44,440 nt of DNA from Kiritimatiellia bacterium. Lineage in GTDB: Bacteria > Verrucomicrobiota > Kiritimatiellia > CAIQIC01 > Lenti-01. The stretch spans positions 1 through 44,440 of the forward strand of contig DAOTNL010000002.1 of NCBI GenBank assembly GCA_035450765.1, given 5' to 3'. The translations under genes were made by a program, and so were the position numbers. Each line of letters begins with the position of its first letter. Position 1 is the stretch's first letter. Shown piece by piece: positions 34,173 to 42,535 of this stretch. The notes beneath the pieces were generated by a model that saw nothing but the letters and a program-made list of their open reading frames with translations, ran no database searches and was not told where the DNA came from.

Positions 34173-35885
34173 ATGACGACCCGATTCCGGATTTTGGGGC
34201 TGCTCGCGTGCCTGTTGCCCGCCCTCGCGCTGGCGGGCGGGGGGCCGTTGAACGTCTTGGTCGTGGTCAACGGATCCAGCCGCGATTCCCGCGCGCTGGG
34301 CGCCTACTACCTCGAAAAGCACGGCGTTCCCCAAAACCAGCTCTGCACGATCAAGGTCGATCCCCGCGCGACCTCGCTGTCCCTCGCCGAATTCGAGCGC
34401 GACGTGCGCCAGCCCATCCTGGCGCACCTGGCCAACAACAGGCTCGCGGACCAGATCCACTTTCTGGTCCTGTGCATGGACATCCCTTCGCGGGTCGAGA
34501 ACGACAACGGCATCACGTCCGTCCTGTTCTACGGCTACAAGCCGGCGACGCCCGGCGCGCCGCAGTGCCACGTCGCCTCCAACTCCGTGAACCAGTACTA
34601 CGGCGCCGAAACCGCCTACGTCGCCGCGGCGGGCTGGAACCGGACCAACGCGCCCATCCCCTTCCTGCTGACCGCCGCCGACCTCGAAACCGCCAAGCAG
34701 GTCGTGGACCGCGGCGCGGCCTCGGTCGCGGCCTTCCCCGACGGCGCGTTCTGCCTGTACGGCGGCGGCCCCGAACGCAACATCCGCCACCGCACCTATC
34801 CCGTCGTCGCCCGCCACTTCGCGCTGACCGGCCAAGCGGCGCGGCTGGACGTCGATCCGGCCGGCAATCCGCTGCCCGGCCGCCTCATTCTGGGCTACAT
34901 GGCCGGTCTGGCCTATCTGCCCACGAATCTGGCCGGCGCCGCCTTCGCGCCCGGCGCGATTTGCGAACACCTGACCTCCTGCGCCGGCATGATCCCCGAA
35001 CCCTGCCTGAACCAAAGCACCGTGTGGGACTGGATGCGGCTGGGCGCCACCGCTTCCTACGGCACCGTGGCCGAGCCCTGCGCCTTCGAGGTCAAGTTCC
35101 CCGATCCGATGATCGCCTTCTGGTACGCCCGCGGCTTCACCGCCGGCGAAGCCCTCGCGATGTCCGTCCGCCATCCCTACCAGGGCCTCTTTGTCGGCGA
35201 TCCGCTCGCCGCGCCCTTCGCCGCGCCGCCGTCCGTGCGCGTCCTCGAGCCCGCGCGCAACGCCAAGCTCGACGGCGAAACCACGTTGAAACTCGCCGTC
35301 GCCGCGCACGAGCGCGGCGCGCCGCCGGTCTTCCTCGATCTCTACGTCGACGGCCGTTTCCACGCCCCGATCGCGCGGCCGATCGCGCCCGTCGGCAACG
35401 AAATCGCCCTCCAGATCGGCGCCGATCGCTTCGCCTACGTCGTCGCGCCCGGCGAGGACCTGTTCGCCGCCGCCGCCGGCCTCGCCTGGGCCGTCAATTC
35501 CAAGGGCGGCGGCCGGGTCACCGCCAGCGCCAAAGCCGACCGCGTCGAAGTCTCCGTCCGCGAACCCCTGGGCCCCGACGGCCAGCCGCTGCCGTTCGCC
35601 GTTTCCGTCGCGCAGGGATTCGCGCCGGGGCTGTATCTCGGCGCCGCCGCCGGCACCGATCGCCTGGTCCTCGCCGACGGCGCCGGCCGCGGCATGGCCA
35701 GCCTGCATCTGGGCAACGCCCGCGCCTACGAAATCGAATACCCCTTCGATCTGTCCGCGCTCGCGCCCGGACCGCACGCGCTGACCTTCGTCGTGCGCGA
35801 CGGCACCGCCATGCAGTGCCAATCGCAGGCCGAACTCCCCCTGACCATTCCCGAACGCGCGCCGGCGGCCGCCCCGGCCGACTGA
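34173..35885 (+). CDS. Exported hypothetical protein, TIGR03790-like by recollection (570 aa)
   Basis: Has a signal peptide, VLVVVNGSSRDSRALGAYYLEKHGVP, ...GATASYGTVAEP...FVGDPLAAPF, and a C-terminal Ig-like region. The family assignment is from memory and is not verified. Confidence 0.7.
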   Translation: MTTRFRILGLLACLLPALALAGGGPLNVLVVVNGSSRDSRALGAYYLEKHGVPQNQLCTIKVDPRATSLSLAEFERDVRQPILAHLANNRLADQIHFLVLCMDIPSRVENDNGITSVLFYGYKPATPGAPQCHVASNSVNQYYGAETAYVAAAGWNRTNAPIPFLLTAADLETAKQVVDRGAASVAAFPDGAFCLYGGGPERNIRHRTYPVVARHFALTGQAARLDVDPAGNPLPGRLILGYMAGLAYLPTNLAGAAFAPGAICEHLTSCAGMIPEPCLNQSTVWDWMRLGATASYGTVAEPCAFEVKFPDPMIAFWYARGFTAGEALAMSVRHPYQGLFVGDPLAAPFAAPPSVRVLEPARNAKLDGETTLKLAVAAHERGAPPVFLDLYVDGRFHAPIARPIAPVGNEIALQIGADRFAYVVAPGEDLFAAAAGLAWAVNSKGGGRVTASAKADRVEVSVREPLGPDGQPLPFAVSVAQGFAPGLYLGAAAGTDRLVLADGAGRGMASLHLGNARAYEIEYPFDLSALAPGPHALTFVVRDGTAMQCQSQAELPLTIPERAPAAAPAD

Positions 35886-35892
35886 CGCGGCG

Positions 35893-37194
35893 TCAGCCGG
35901 CGGAGAGTCCCAGCGCGCGGAACGTCCGCTTCACGTCGCGGAAGTGGCGTTTCAAGTCGAAACACGCCGCCAATTCCCCGCGCGAGGCTTTTTTCGCGAC
36001 GTCGGCGTCCGCGGCCACCAGTTCGAGCAGCGGCCGGCCGGTCCGCCACGCTTCCAGCGCGTTGCGCTGCACCCAGCGGTAGGCGTCTTCGCGCGCGACG
36101 CCCTTCTCCACCAGCAGCAGGAGCACCTGCTGCGAATGGATCAAGCCGTGCGTCAGGTCCAGGTTCGCCCGCATGCGCGCGGCATCCACCTTCAGCCCGG
36201 CCACCAGCGCCGCCAGCTTGTCCAGCATGTAGTCCAGCAGGATCGTCGCGTCCGGCAGGATGATTCGCTCGGCCGACGAATGCGAAATGTCGCGCTCGTG
36301 CCACAGCGCGACGTTTTCCAGGGCCGCCAGCGCGTGGCCGCGCAGCACCCGGGCCAAGCCGCAGAGCTGCTCGCCCACGACCGGATTCTTCTTGTGGGGC
36401 ATCGCGCTGGAGCCCTTCTGGCCCCGGCCGAAGAATTCCTCCACCTCGCCCACTTCCGTCCGCTGCAGATGCCGGAATTCCTGCGCCCAGCGCTCCACGC
36501 TCGCGCCGACGAGGGCGAGGGCCGCCGCGAATTCCGCGTGCCGGTCGCGCTGCAGGATCTGGGTCGAGATCGCGGCGGGCCGGAGTCCCAGCCGCTTGCA
36601 GACCGCCGCTTCGATCTTCGGGTCCAGATGCGCGTGCGTGCCCACCGCTCCCGACAGCTTGCCCACCCGCACCGTTTCGCGCGCCGCGGCCAGCCGCGCC
36701 CGCGCCCGGCCGAACTCGTCGTACATGAGGGCCATCTTCAGCCCGAACGTCGTCGGCTCGGCATGGATGCCATGGCTGCGGCCGATCATCGGCGTGAAGG
36801 CGTGCTTTTCCGCCAGCCGCGCCGCCGCCGCCCGCACCCGGTCGACGTCCGCCAGCAGCAGATCCGCGGCCTTGACGAGATTCACCGACAGCGCCGTGTC
36901 CACGACGTCGGAACTGGTCAGCCCCTTGTGGACGTGGCGCGCGGCCGGGCCGACGTGCTCCGCCACGTTCGTCAGGAACGCGATCACGTCGTGCCGCACC
37001 TCCGCTTCGATCTTCCGGATGCGCTTCACGTCGAATCCCGCCTTGCGGCGGATCGCCGTCCAGTCTTTCCGCGGGATCCGCCCGGCCTGGGCCATGGCCG
37101 CGCAAGCGGCCAGCTCGACGTCCAGCCAGGTTTGGAACTTGCGTTCATCGGTCCACAGCGCGCCCATTTCGGGCCGGGTATAGCGATCGATCAT
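35893..37194 (-). CDS. purB: Adenylosuccinate lyase
   Basis: N-terminal MIDRYTRPEM, and the SSAMPHKKNP signature loop. Confidence 0.95.
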   Translation of the reverse strand: MIDRYTRPEMGALWTDERKFQTWLDVELAACAAMAQAGRIPRKDWTAIRRKAGFDVKRIRKIEAEVRHDVIAFLTNVAEHVGPAARHVHKGLTSSDVVDTALSVNLVKAADLLLADVDRVRAAAARLAEKHAFTPMIGRSHGIHAEPTTFGLKMALMYDEFGRARARLAAARETVRVGKLSGAVGTHAHLDPKIEAAVCKRLGLRPAAISTQILQRDRHAEFAAALALVGASVERWAQEFRHLQRTEVGEVEEFFGRGQKGSSAMPHKKNPVVGEQLCGLARVLRGHALAALENVALWHERDISHSSAERIILPDATILLDYMLDKLAALVAGLKVDAARMRANLDLTHGLIHSQQVLLLLVEKGVAREDAYRWVQRNALEAWRTGRPLLELVAADADVAKKASRGELAACFDLKRHFRDVKRTFRALGLSAG

Positions 37195-37275
37195 GGCTGG
37201 CCTCCTGCATGCAAACGCAAGCGCCGGAGCCCTCGCGGATTCCGGCGCGGCGACATCGGCAACGATGCCTCTTTC

Positions 37276-38154
37276 CTATTCGGCGGCCGGCTCCGCGGCC
37301 GCCGGTTCGGCAACGGGCTTCTCCGCCGCCGGCTTCTTCTTCGAAGACTTCTTCTTGGGCTTCGATTCCTTCTGCGCCGTCTTCTCCTCGGCGGCGGCGG
37401 CCGGGGCGGCGACTTCTTCCGCCGCGGCTGCGTCGCGGGACGAATCGAACACGACTTCCGGCGCGGCCGGACGGGCCGGCGCGTTCTTCGCGCGCTCGGC
37501 CTTCTTCAGGAACAGCAGGCCCGATTCCGCCTGCGCCAGTTGGTCGCTGTCCGGATTGGCCGCGATGAAATCCTCGTAGAGAGCGCGGGCTTCGGCGAAG
37601 CGGTCCAGCTGCTCGAGGCAGCGCGCGGCGCCGAAGACGGCCTGCGGCCGGAGCGGGCTCTCCGTCCGCTTTTCGGCGAACGCCACGTAGCCGGCGACGG
37701 CGGCTTCGAAGTCGTCCAAGGCCTCGAGACTGGCGGCCGCGCCGAGTTCGGCCTGCGGCGCCAGCATGTGCGCGGGATATTGCGCCAAGAAACTCCGGTA
37801 GGCCGCCAAGGCCTCGTCGTAGCGGTTCTGGGCGTAGAATTCGGCGGCGGCCGAAGCCAGCGCCATCGGCGCGGTCGGGGCTTGCGGATCCGTCGTCGCC
37901 AGCTGCTGCAGTTCCTCGGGGCTGCGGCTCTGGAACAGCGCCTGCACCGCGGCGGCGGCCTTCGAGGTCTTCTGGCCGTGCCAAATCTGGATGCCCAGCA
38001 GAGCCACCACGGCCACCGCCAGCCCGATCAGCGCCGGCCGGCCGTATTCCGCCATCCACGTCGAAAACCGCTGCACGTCGTCGTTGTCGTGCGCCGGCGG
38101 ATTCGGCTCGGGCGTCTGCGGAGGGGTCACGTCGTCCGGAATGTTCTTGTCCAT
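37276..38154 (-). CDS. Membrane-anchored TPR-repeat protein (YfgM-like topology) with a Lys-rich C-terminal tail
   Basis: TM helix is PALIGLAVAVVALLGIQIW. TPR-like pairs include YDEALAAYRSFLAQYP and FAEARALYEDFIAANP. The tail is KESKPKKKSSKKKPAAEKP. RBS is AAAGGATGG. Confidence 0.8.
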   Translation of the reverse strand: MDKNIPDDVTPPQTPEPNPPAHDNDDVQRFSTWMAEYGRPALIGLAVAVVALLGIQIWHGQKTSKAAAAVQALFQSRSPEELQQLATTDPQAPTAPMALASAAAEFYAQNRYDEALAAYRSFLAQYPAHMLAPQAELGAAASLEALDDFEAAVAGYVAFAEKRTESPLRPQAVFGAARCLEQLDRFAEARALYEDFIAANPDSDQLAQAESGLLFLKKAERAKNAPARPAAPEVVFDSSRDAAAAEEVAAPAAAAEEKTAQKESKPKKKSSKKKPAAEKPVAEPAAAEPAAE

Positions 38155-38247
38155 GGGTCGTCCATCCTTTGGTTTCGAAATCGGGCCGGAATCTTCGCCG
38201 CTCCCCCCCGAAAACGCAAGACAATCGTTTCTCCGTCCGGAAAACCA

Positions 38248-38275
38248 TTGACATCCCCCGCCCCCCGGCTACACT
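38248..38275 (+). promoter_or_regulatory. Sigma-70-like promoter of rpsT
   Basis: TTGACA (38248-53), 16-nt spacer, TACACT (38270-75), 36 nt upstream of the ATG. Confidence 0.5.
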
Positions 38276-38311
38276 GGCCGGACTTTTTGAATTGGAAGAG
38301 GAGTCAAGACC

Positions 38312-38581
38312 ATGCCCAACATCAAGAGCGCCGCCAAGCGCGCCAAAACGTCCGAAAAGTCCCGGAAGCGCAACGCCGAGGCCAAGTCGCAGCTCAAGAC
38401 CCTGCGCAAGAACCTCCTGGCCGCCCTCGCGGACAACGAAGCGCCCAAGACCGCGGCCGCCTACGCCACCTACTGCTCGACGCTGGACAAGGCCGTCAAG
38501 CACGGCATCATCAAGAAGAACAGTTCCGTCCGGAAAAAGGCCCGCGCCGCCGCGATGCTGCGCAAGGCCGCCGCGAAGTAG
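38312..38581 (+). CDS. rpsT: 30S ribosomal protein S20
   Basis: MPNIKSAAKRAKTSEKSRKRN...; RBS is GAGGAG. Confidence 0.95.
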   Translation: MPNIKSAAKRAKTSEKSRKRNAEAKSQLKTLRKNLLAALADNEAPKTAAAYATYCSTLDKAVKHGIIKKNSSVRKKARAAAMLRKAAAK

Positions 38582-38605
38582 TTTTCCCGGTTCCCGCACC
38601 GATCC

Positions 38606-38643
38606 GCCCCGCCCGCCTTCCGGCGCGCGGGGCGTTCGCGTTT
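38606..38643 (+). terminator. Possible terminator between convergent rpsT and the patatin gene
   Basis: Stem gccccgc (38606-12) / gcggggc (38627-33) with an inner ccg/cgg extension. The T-run (38641-44) is separated from the stem by 7 nt, so it is weak. Confidence 0.35.
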
Positions 38644-39591
38644 TCAAGCCAGCGCCTGCAGCGCCGCGGCGTAGCCGGCGGCGAGGGCGTCCTGGGCGCG
38701 GTGGAATTCCAGCGTGCCGATGCCGCCGACCGCGGGCTCGATCAAAACGTCCGGCGGCTCGGTCTGCCGCCGCGCCAGGGCGATCCGCGCTTCCGCGATC
38801 CGCACGGACCGCACCAGCACGTCCGTCACCGCGGGCCGCGCCGCCGCATCGGCCGCCACGGCGCGCAGGCGGTTCACCTTTTTTTCGATTTCGGCCCGGA
38901 ACGCGTCCAGCAGCCCCATGGCGCCGGCTTTCTCTTCCGCCGAAGCCGGCTTCGGCAACGCCAGCGGTCCGCGCGCGGATTCCGCTTTCTTGTTTTTGCG
39001 CACCGACGGCTGCGGCTCCGGCACGATGCCTTGCGACACGTCCACGCCGATGACGACCTGCGCCCCCATCTCCCGCGCCACGCTCACCGGCACGGGATTC
39101 ACCAGCCCCCCGTCCACCAGCAGGCGCCGGCCGACCTGTACCGGCGAGAACAAACCCGGAATCGAGATGCTGGCGCGCACCGCCTGCAAGAGGTTGCCGG
39201 AACTCAGCACGACTTCCCCGCCGGTGTCCAGATCCGTGGCCACCGCGCGGAACGGCAGATCCAGCTCCCGGAATTCCCGCAGCCCGAGCATCTTCCGGAA
39301 CTCTTCCAGCAGCTTGCGGCCGTCCGTCAGGCCCGAGCGCGACAGCGACACTTCCCAGAAAAACGGCCGCAGGCGCTTCCAATCCAGATCCCGCGCCAGC
39401 TCGCGCAGGACGTCCTCGCGCCGCGCGGCGAAAAAGGCGCCGATCACGGCGCCCATGCTGGTGCCGGCGACGCATTCGACCGCGATGCCCTTTTCGCGCA
39501 GCGCCTGCAAGACGCCCAGATGGGCCCAGCCGCGCGCGCCGCCGCTGCCCAGCGCCAACCCGACCCGCTTGTGCTTTCCGAACCGGCTCAT
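38644..39591 (-). CDS. Patatin-like phospholipase (RssA-like)
   Basis: Contains GSGGARG (oxyanion hole), GTSMG (GxSxG) and VDGGLVNPVPV (DGG). Confidence 0.9.
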   Translation of the reverse strand: MSRFGKHKRVGLALGSGGARGWAHLGVLQALREKGIAVECVAGTSMGAVIGAFFAARREDVLRELARDLDWKRLRPFFWEVSLSRSGLTDGRKLLEEFRKMLGLREFRELDLPFRAVATDLDTGGEVVLSSGNLLQAVRASISIPGLFSPVQVGRRLLVDGGLVNPVPVSVAREMGAQVVIGVDVSQGIVPEPQPSVRKNKKAESARGPLALPKPASAEEKAGAMGLLDAFRAEIEKKVNRLRAVAADAAARPAVTDVLVRSVRIAEARIALARRQTEPPDVLIEPAVGGIGTLEFHRAQDALAAGYAAALQALA

Positions 39592-39606
39592 GCGCCCCCG
39601 CCGCCG

Positions 39607-40578
39607 CTACTCCAGGAAGGTCAGCGTGGCCGACCCGATCACGCCCGCGTCGTTGCCCAGTTCCGCGCGCTTGATCACGAGCCGCTCCGCGAAATACGGG
39701 CTCAGCCGCGCGTTCAAATGCTTGCGCAGCGGATCGAACAGGATCGGCCCCGCCGCCGACACGCCGCCGCCGACGATGAACGCCTGCGGCTGCAGCAGAT
39801 AGGCGACCGAGGCCATCATCGTGGCCAGGCAGTCGGCCACGAAATCGAAAATCTCCCTGGCCAGTTCGTCGCCGGCCTCGGCGGCTTCGCAAATGATCTT
39901 GGGGCTCACGGCCTCGCGCTTGCCGCCCGCGCGTTCCAGGATCGTGCTCGGCCGACCGGCGTCGAGCTCGCGCAGGGCGCGCTCGACGATGCGCTTGTTG
40001 CCGACGTACTGCTCCACGCCGCCGCGCCCCGTGGGCGCAGCGATGCCGTTCATGTCGATGGAGACGTGGCCGATCTCGCCGGCCATCGAGTACGCGCCGC
40101 GATAGAGGTTGTTGTTGATGAGCAGCCCCCCGCCCACGCCCGTGCCGAGCGTGAGGAACACCGCGTGCTGGTAGGCCTGCCCCGCGCCGTAGGTGCACTC
40201 GCCCACGGCCATGGCGTTGACGTCGTTGTCCACGCGCGCCTCCTTGCCGAAGCGCTTGGCCAGCAGGTCCGCCAGCGGCACCGCCGTCCAGCCCGGCACG
40301 TTGGTCAGGTCGTGGACGAAGCCCTTGGCGTAGTCCACGAACCCCGGCACGCCCACGCCGATGCCGGCCCACTCGACGTCGCGCGGCATGTCCGCCAGCA
40401 GCGCGCCGACGTGCCGTTCCACTTCGTCCAGCCAGCCCGGCACGCCCTTCAGGCCCGCCGTGCTGAAGCTCGCCCGCGCGCCGATCGCGCCGCGTTCGTC
40501 CACGCGCGCCATCTTCACGAAGGTCCCGCCGAAATCCACGCCGATCGCGCACCGCTTCTTGCTCTCGTCCATGTTCAT
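39607..40578 (-). CDS. ROK-family sugar kinase (glucokinase-like)
   Basis: Track ORF 39607..40737 trimmed to ATG 40578 (ATGA overlap with the tatD stop); the second ATG at 40572 is also possible (GGAAGG lies 6 nt upstream). Contains GVDFGGT, DNDVNAMAVGE, TLGTGVGGG and GEIGH. Confidence 0.85.
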   Translation of the reverse strand: MNMDESKKRCAIGVDFGGTFVKMARVDERGAIGARASFSTAGLKGVPGWLDEVERHVGALLADMPRDVEWAGIGVGVPGFVDYAKGFVHDLTNVPGWTAVPLADLLAKRFGKEARVDNDVNAMAVGECTYGAGQAYQHAVFLTLGTGVGGGLLINNNLYRGAYSMAGEIGHVSIDMNGIAAPTGRGGVEQYVGNKRIVERALRELDAGRPSTILERAGGKREAVSPKIICEAAEAGDELAREIFDFVADCLATMMASVAYLLQPQAFIVGGGVSAAGPILFDPLRKHLNARLSPYFAERLVIKRAELGNDAGVIGSATLTFLE

Positions 40579-41465
40579 CCTTCCAGTTGGAAAATCCGCA
40601 GCGCGTTCGCGAAGGTCGTCTCCGCAAGCGCCGCGGCGTCCGCGCCGCGCGCTTCGGCCAGGACTTCGGCCACGCGCGCCACGAACGCCGGTTCGTTTAC
40701 TTTCCCGCGAAACGGCTTGGGTGTCAAATAGGGACAATCCGTCTCGACCAGCAGCCGGTCTTCCGGCACGAGCCTGGCCACCTCCCGCAGCGGCCCCGCG
40801 TTGTTGAAGCTGACGATCCCGCTGAAGCTGATATAGAATCCCAGCGCCAGCAGTTCCTCGGCGAACGCCGCGTCGCCCGTGAAACAGTGCAAAATGCCCG
40901 GCGGAGGGATCGGACCCCCACCGCCTTGCGCGGTGGGTGAACGAGGTAGTTGGCTGGCCGTCGCATCACCGCCAGCCTGATTCACCCATGGCGCAAGGCC
41001 ATGGGGGTCTGAAAACGATTTTTTCCAGGCCGTGGAAAACTCGCCCAGCATCTCGATCGTGTCGTCGTCCGCATAGCGGCTGTGGATGATCGCGGGCCGC
41101 TTGCGCGCCGCGGCGAATTCCAGCATCTGGCCGAACAGCGCGCGCTGGGCGGGCGCGGTCTCCGCGGAATAGTAGTAATCGAGCCCGATCTCCCCCACCG
41201 CGACCACGGCCGGATCCGCCGCCAGCGCGGCCAATTTTTCCATGTCGCGCGGTTTGTCGAGCTGGTCGCGGTCGTAGCCCACCGCCGCCACCAGCGCCCC
41301 CGGATGCTCCCCCGCCAGCCGCACGACGAGTTCGTTCGAGGCCGCCGAACTGCCGACCGCGCACATCTTCTCCACGCCGGCGGCCGCGGCGCGCGCGAGC
41401 ACCGCCGCGACGGTCCCGTCCGCCGCGAACGGATCGAAATGGGCATGGGTGTCGAACAGCTTCAT
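40575..41465 (-). CDS. tatD: TatD/YcfH-family metal-dependent hydrolase carrying an in-frame insertion of about 38 codons
   Basis: Track ORF 40575..42803 trimmed to ATG 41465 (ATGA overlap). Contains FDTHAHF, GEIGLDYYY, IHSR, LHCF, YISFSG and VETDCPYL. Confidence 0.85.
   Translation of the reverse strand: MKLFDTHAHFDPFAADGTVAAVLARAAAAGVEKMCAVGSSAASNELVVRLAGEHPGALVAAVGYDRDQLDKPRDMEKLAALAADPAVVAVGEIGLDYYYSAETAPAQRALFGQMLEFAAARKRPAIIHSRYADDDTIEMLGEFSTAWKKSFSDPHGLAPWVNQAGGDATASQLPRSPTAQGGGGPIPPPGILHCFTGDAAFAEELLALGFYISFSGIVSFNNAGPLREVARLVPEDRLLVETDCPYLTPKPFRGKVNEPAFVARVAEVLAEARGADAAALAETTFANALRIFQLEG
40913..41009. repeat. Nested palindromic (REP/MITE-like) element embedded in frame in the tatD-family CDS
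   Basis: Hairpins are at 40917-40937 (cccaccgc/cttgc/gcggtggg), 40952-40977 (ggctggc/12 nt/gccagcc) and 40985-41005 (cccatggc/gcaag/gccatggg). The outer 8-mers gaccccca (40913-20) and tgggggtc (41002-09) are perfectly complementary. Confidence 0.6.
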
Positions 41466-42535
41466 CGGCGCCCTCCGATCGCGGCGTAGGCCGCCAAGGT
41501 GCCCGCCACCGTCGTTTCGTAGTCGTAATGCTCCTGCGCATGGCGGCGCGCCGCGGCGACGCGCGCCTGCCGCAGGCCGACGTCTTGCAGCGCCTCGCGG
41601 ACATGGTCTGCCAGCGCCTGCGGATCGTCCGCGCCGGACGTCCAGCCATGGTCCGCGAGCGATTCCACCACGCCCGGCGCATCGGCCGCGACGACCGGCA
41701 CGCCCAGCGCCATGGCTTCGCGGACGGTCACGGAGGCGCCTTCCATGCGGGAGGGGAAGCACAGCGCGTCGAGCTGCCGCAGCAGCCGCGCGGCGTCCGC
41801 CCGGAAGCCGAGCAAATGGAAGCGGTCCGCCAGGCCCGCGCGCCGGATGGCCGCTTCGAGTTCGGCGCGATCCGGCCCGTCCCCCGCCAGCAGCCACCGG
41901 ACCGGGAACGAGTCCCGCGCGAGGATTTCCGCCGCGCGCACCATCAGCATCCAGTTTTTCTTGGGCGTCAGGCTGCCGAGCCCGCCCACGAGGAAATCGG
42001 CTCCGTAGGGCGCGCGGAATTCCGGTTCGGCCGGAAGCCGCGCCAAGGCCGCGACGTCGATGCCGTCGCCGACAACCTGGATCCGCGCGGCGGGATAGCC
42101 GCTGCGGACCATGGCGGCGCGCACGGTTTCCGACACGGCGATCACGCCGTCCAGCCGGCGCGGTGAATATTTCCGGCGCGACAGCGGGTTGCGCCGCAGC
42201 GGCGAGGCAATCCGCCGCGTCAGGACGAGCGGAATTCCCAGCCGGCTCCGCAGATGCAGCCCGAGCGCGGTGGATCCCGAATCCTGCGCGTTCAGATGGG
42301 TCAGGGAGAATTCCTCCAGGTCCAGCGCCAGTTGGCGGCGCCCGGCCGCGTCGTCCGGAAACGCGAGCGTCCGGAGGCCCGCGCGGCGCGCGAGCGGATA
42401 GAGCGCGCCGTCCGCCGGCGTGACCAGCACGGTGAAAATCCCGCGCGCGTGCAGCCGCCGCGCCAACGCCAGCAGCTGGTTTTCGCCCCCGCCCCAGTTG
42501 CGGTTGGCATGCAAAAAGGCCACGCGCACGTTCAT
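41462..42535 (-). CDS. Glycosyltransferase family 4 (GT-B, GT1-type domain)
   Basis: Track ORF 41462..43666 trimmed to ATG 42535 (ATGA overlap). Contains GGGENQLL and the C-terminal PSRMEGASVTVREAMALGVPVV (E-x7-E region). Confidence 0.85.
   Translation of the reverse strand: MNVRVAFLHANRNWGGGENQLLALARRLHARGIFTVLVTPADGALYPLARRAGLRTLAFPDDAAGRRQLALDLEEFSLTHLNAQDSGSTALGLHLRSRLGIPLVLTRRIASPLRRNPLSRRKYSPRRLDGVIAVSETVRAAMVRSGYPAARIQVVGDGIDVAALARLPAEPEFRAPYGADFLVGGLGSLTPKKNWMLMVRAAEILARDSFPVRWLLAGDGPDRAELEAAIRRAGLADRFHLLGFRADAARLLRQLDALCFPSRMEGASVTVREAMALGVPVVAADAPGVVESLADHGWTSGADDPQALADHVREALQDVGLRQARVAAARRHAQEHYDYETTVAGTLAAYAAIGGRR

Noticed and set aside
35883-35895. The palindrome tgacgc-g-gcgtca formed by the convergent stops of 34173..35885 and purB
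   Set aside because: A 1-nt loop cannot form a hairpin and there is no U-tract. It is a coincidence of two TGA stops.
38171-38185. ggtttcgaaatcggg, superficially like a tRNA T-arm (GGTTCGAAT)
   Set aside because: No acceptor, D or anticodon stems can be drawn around it. It lies in the divergent promoter region between the TPR gene and rpsT. I found no tRNA anywhere in the window by eye.
35944-40731. A 1595-aa plus-strand ORF and a 1160-aa minus-strand ORF (37145..40627) spanning purB to the ROK gene
   Set aside because: These are shadow ORFs typical of high G+C. They cross several well-supported genes on both strands (purB, rpsT, patatin, ROK) and have R/G/A/P-dominated composition.
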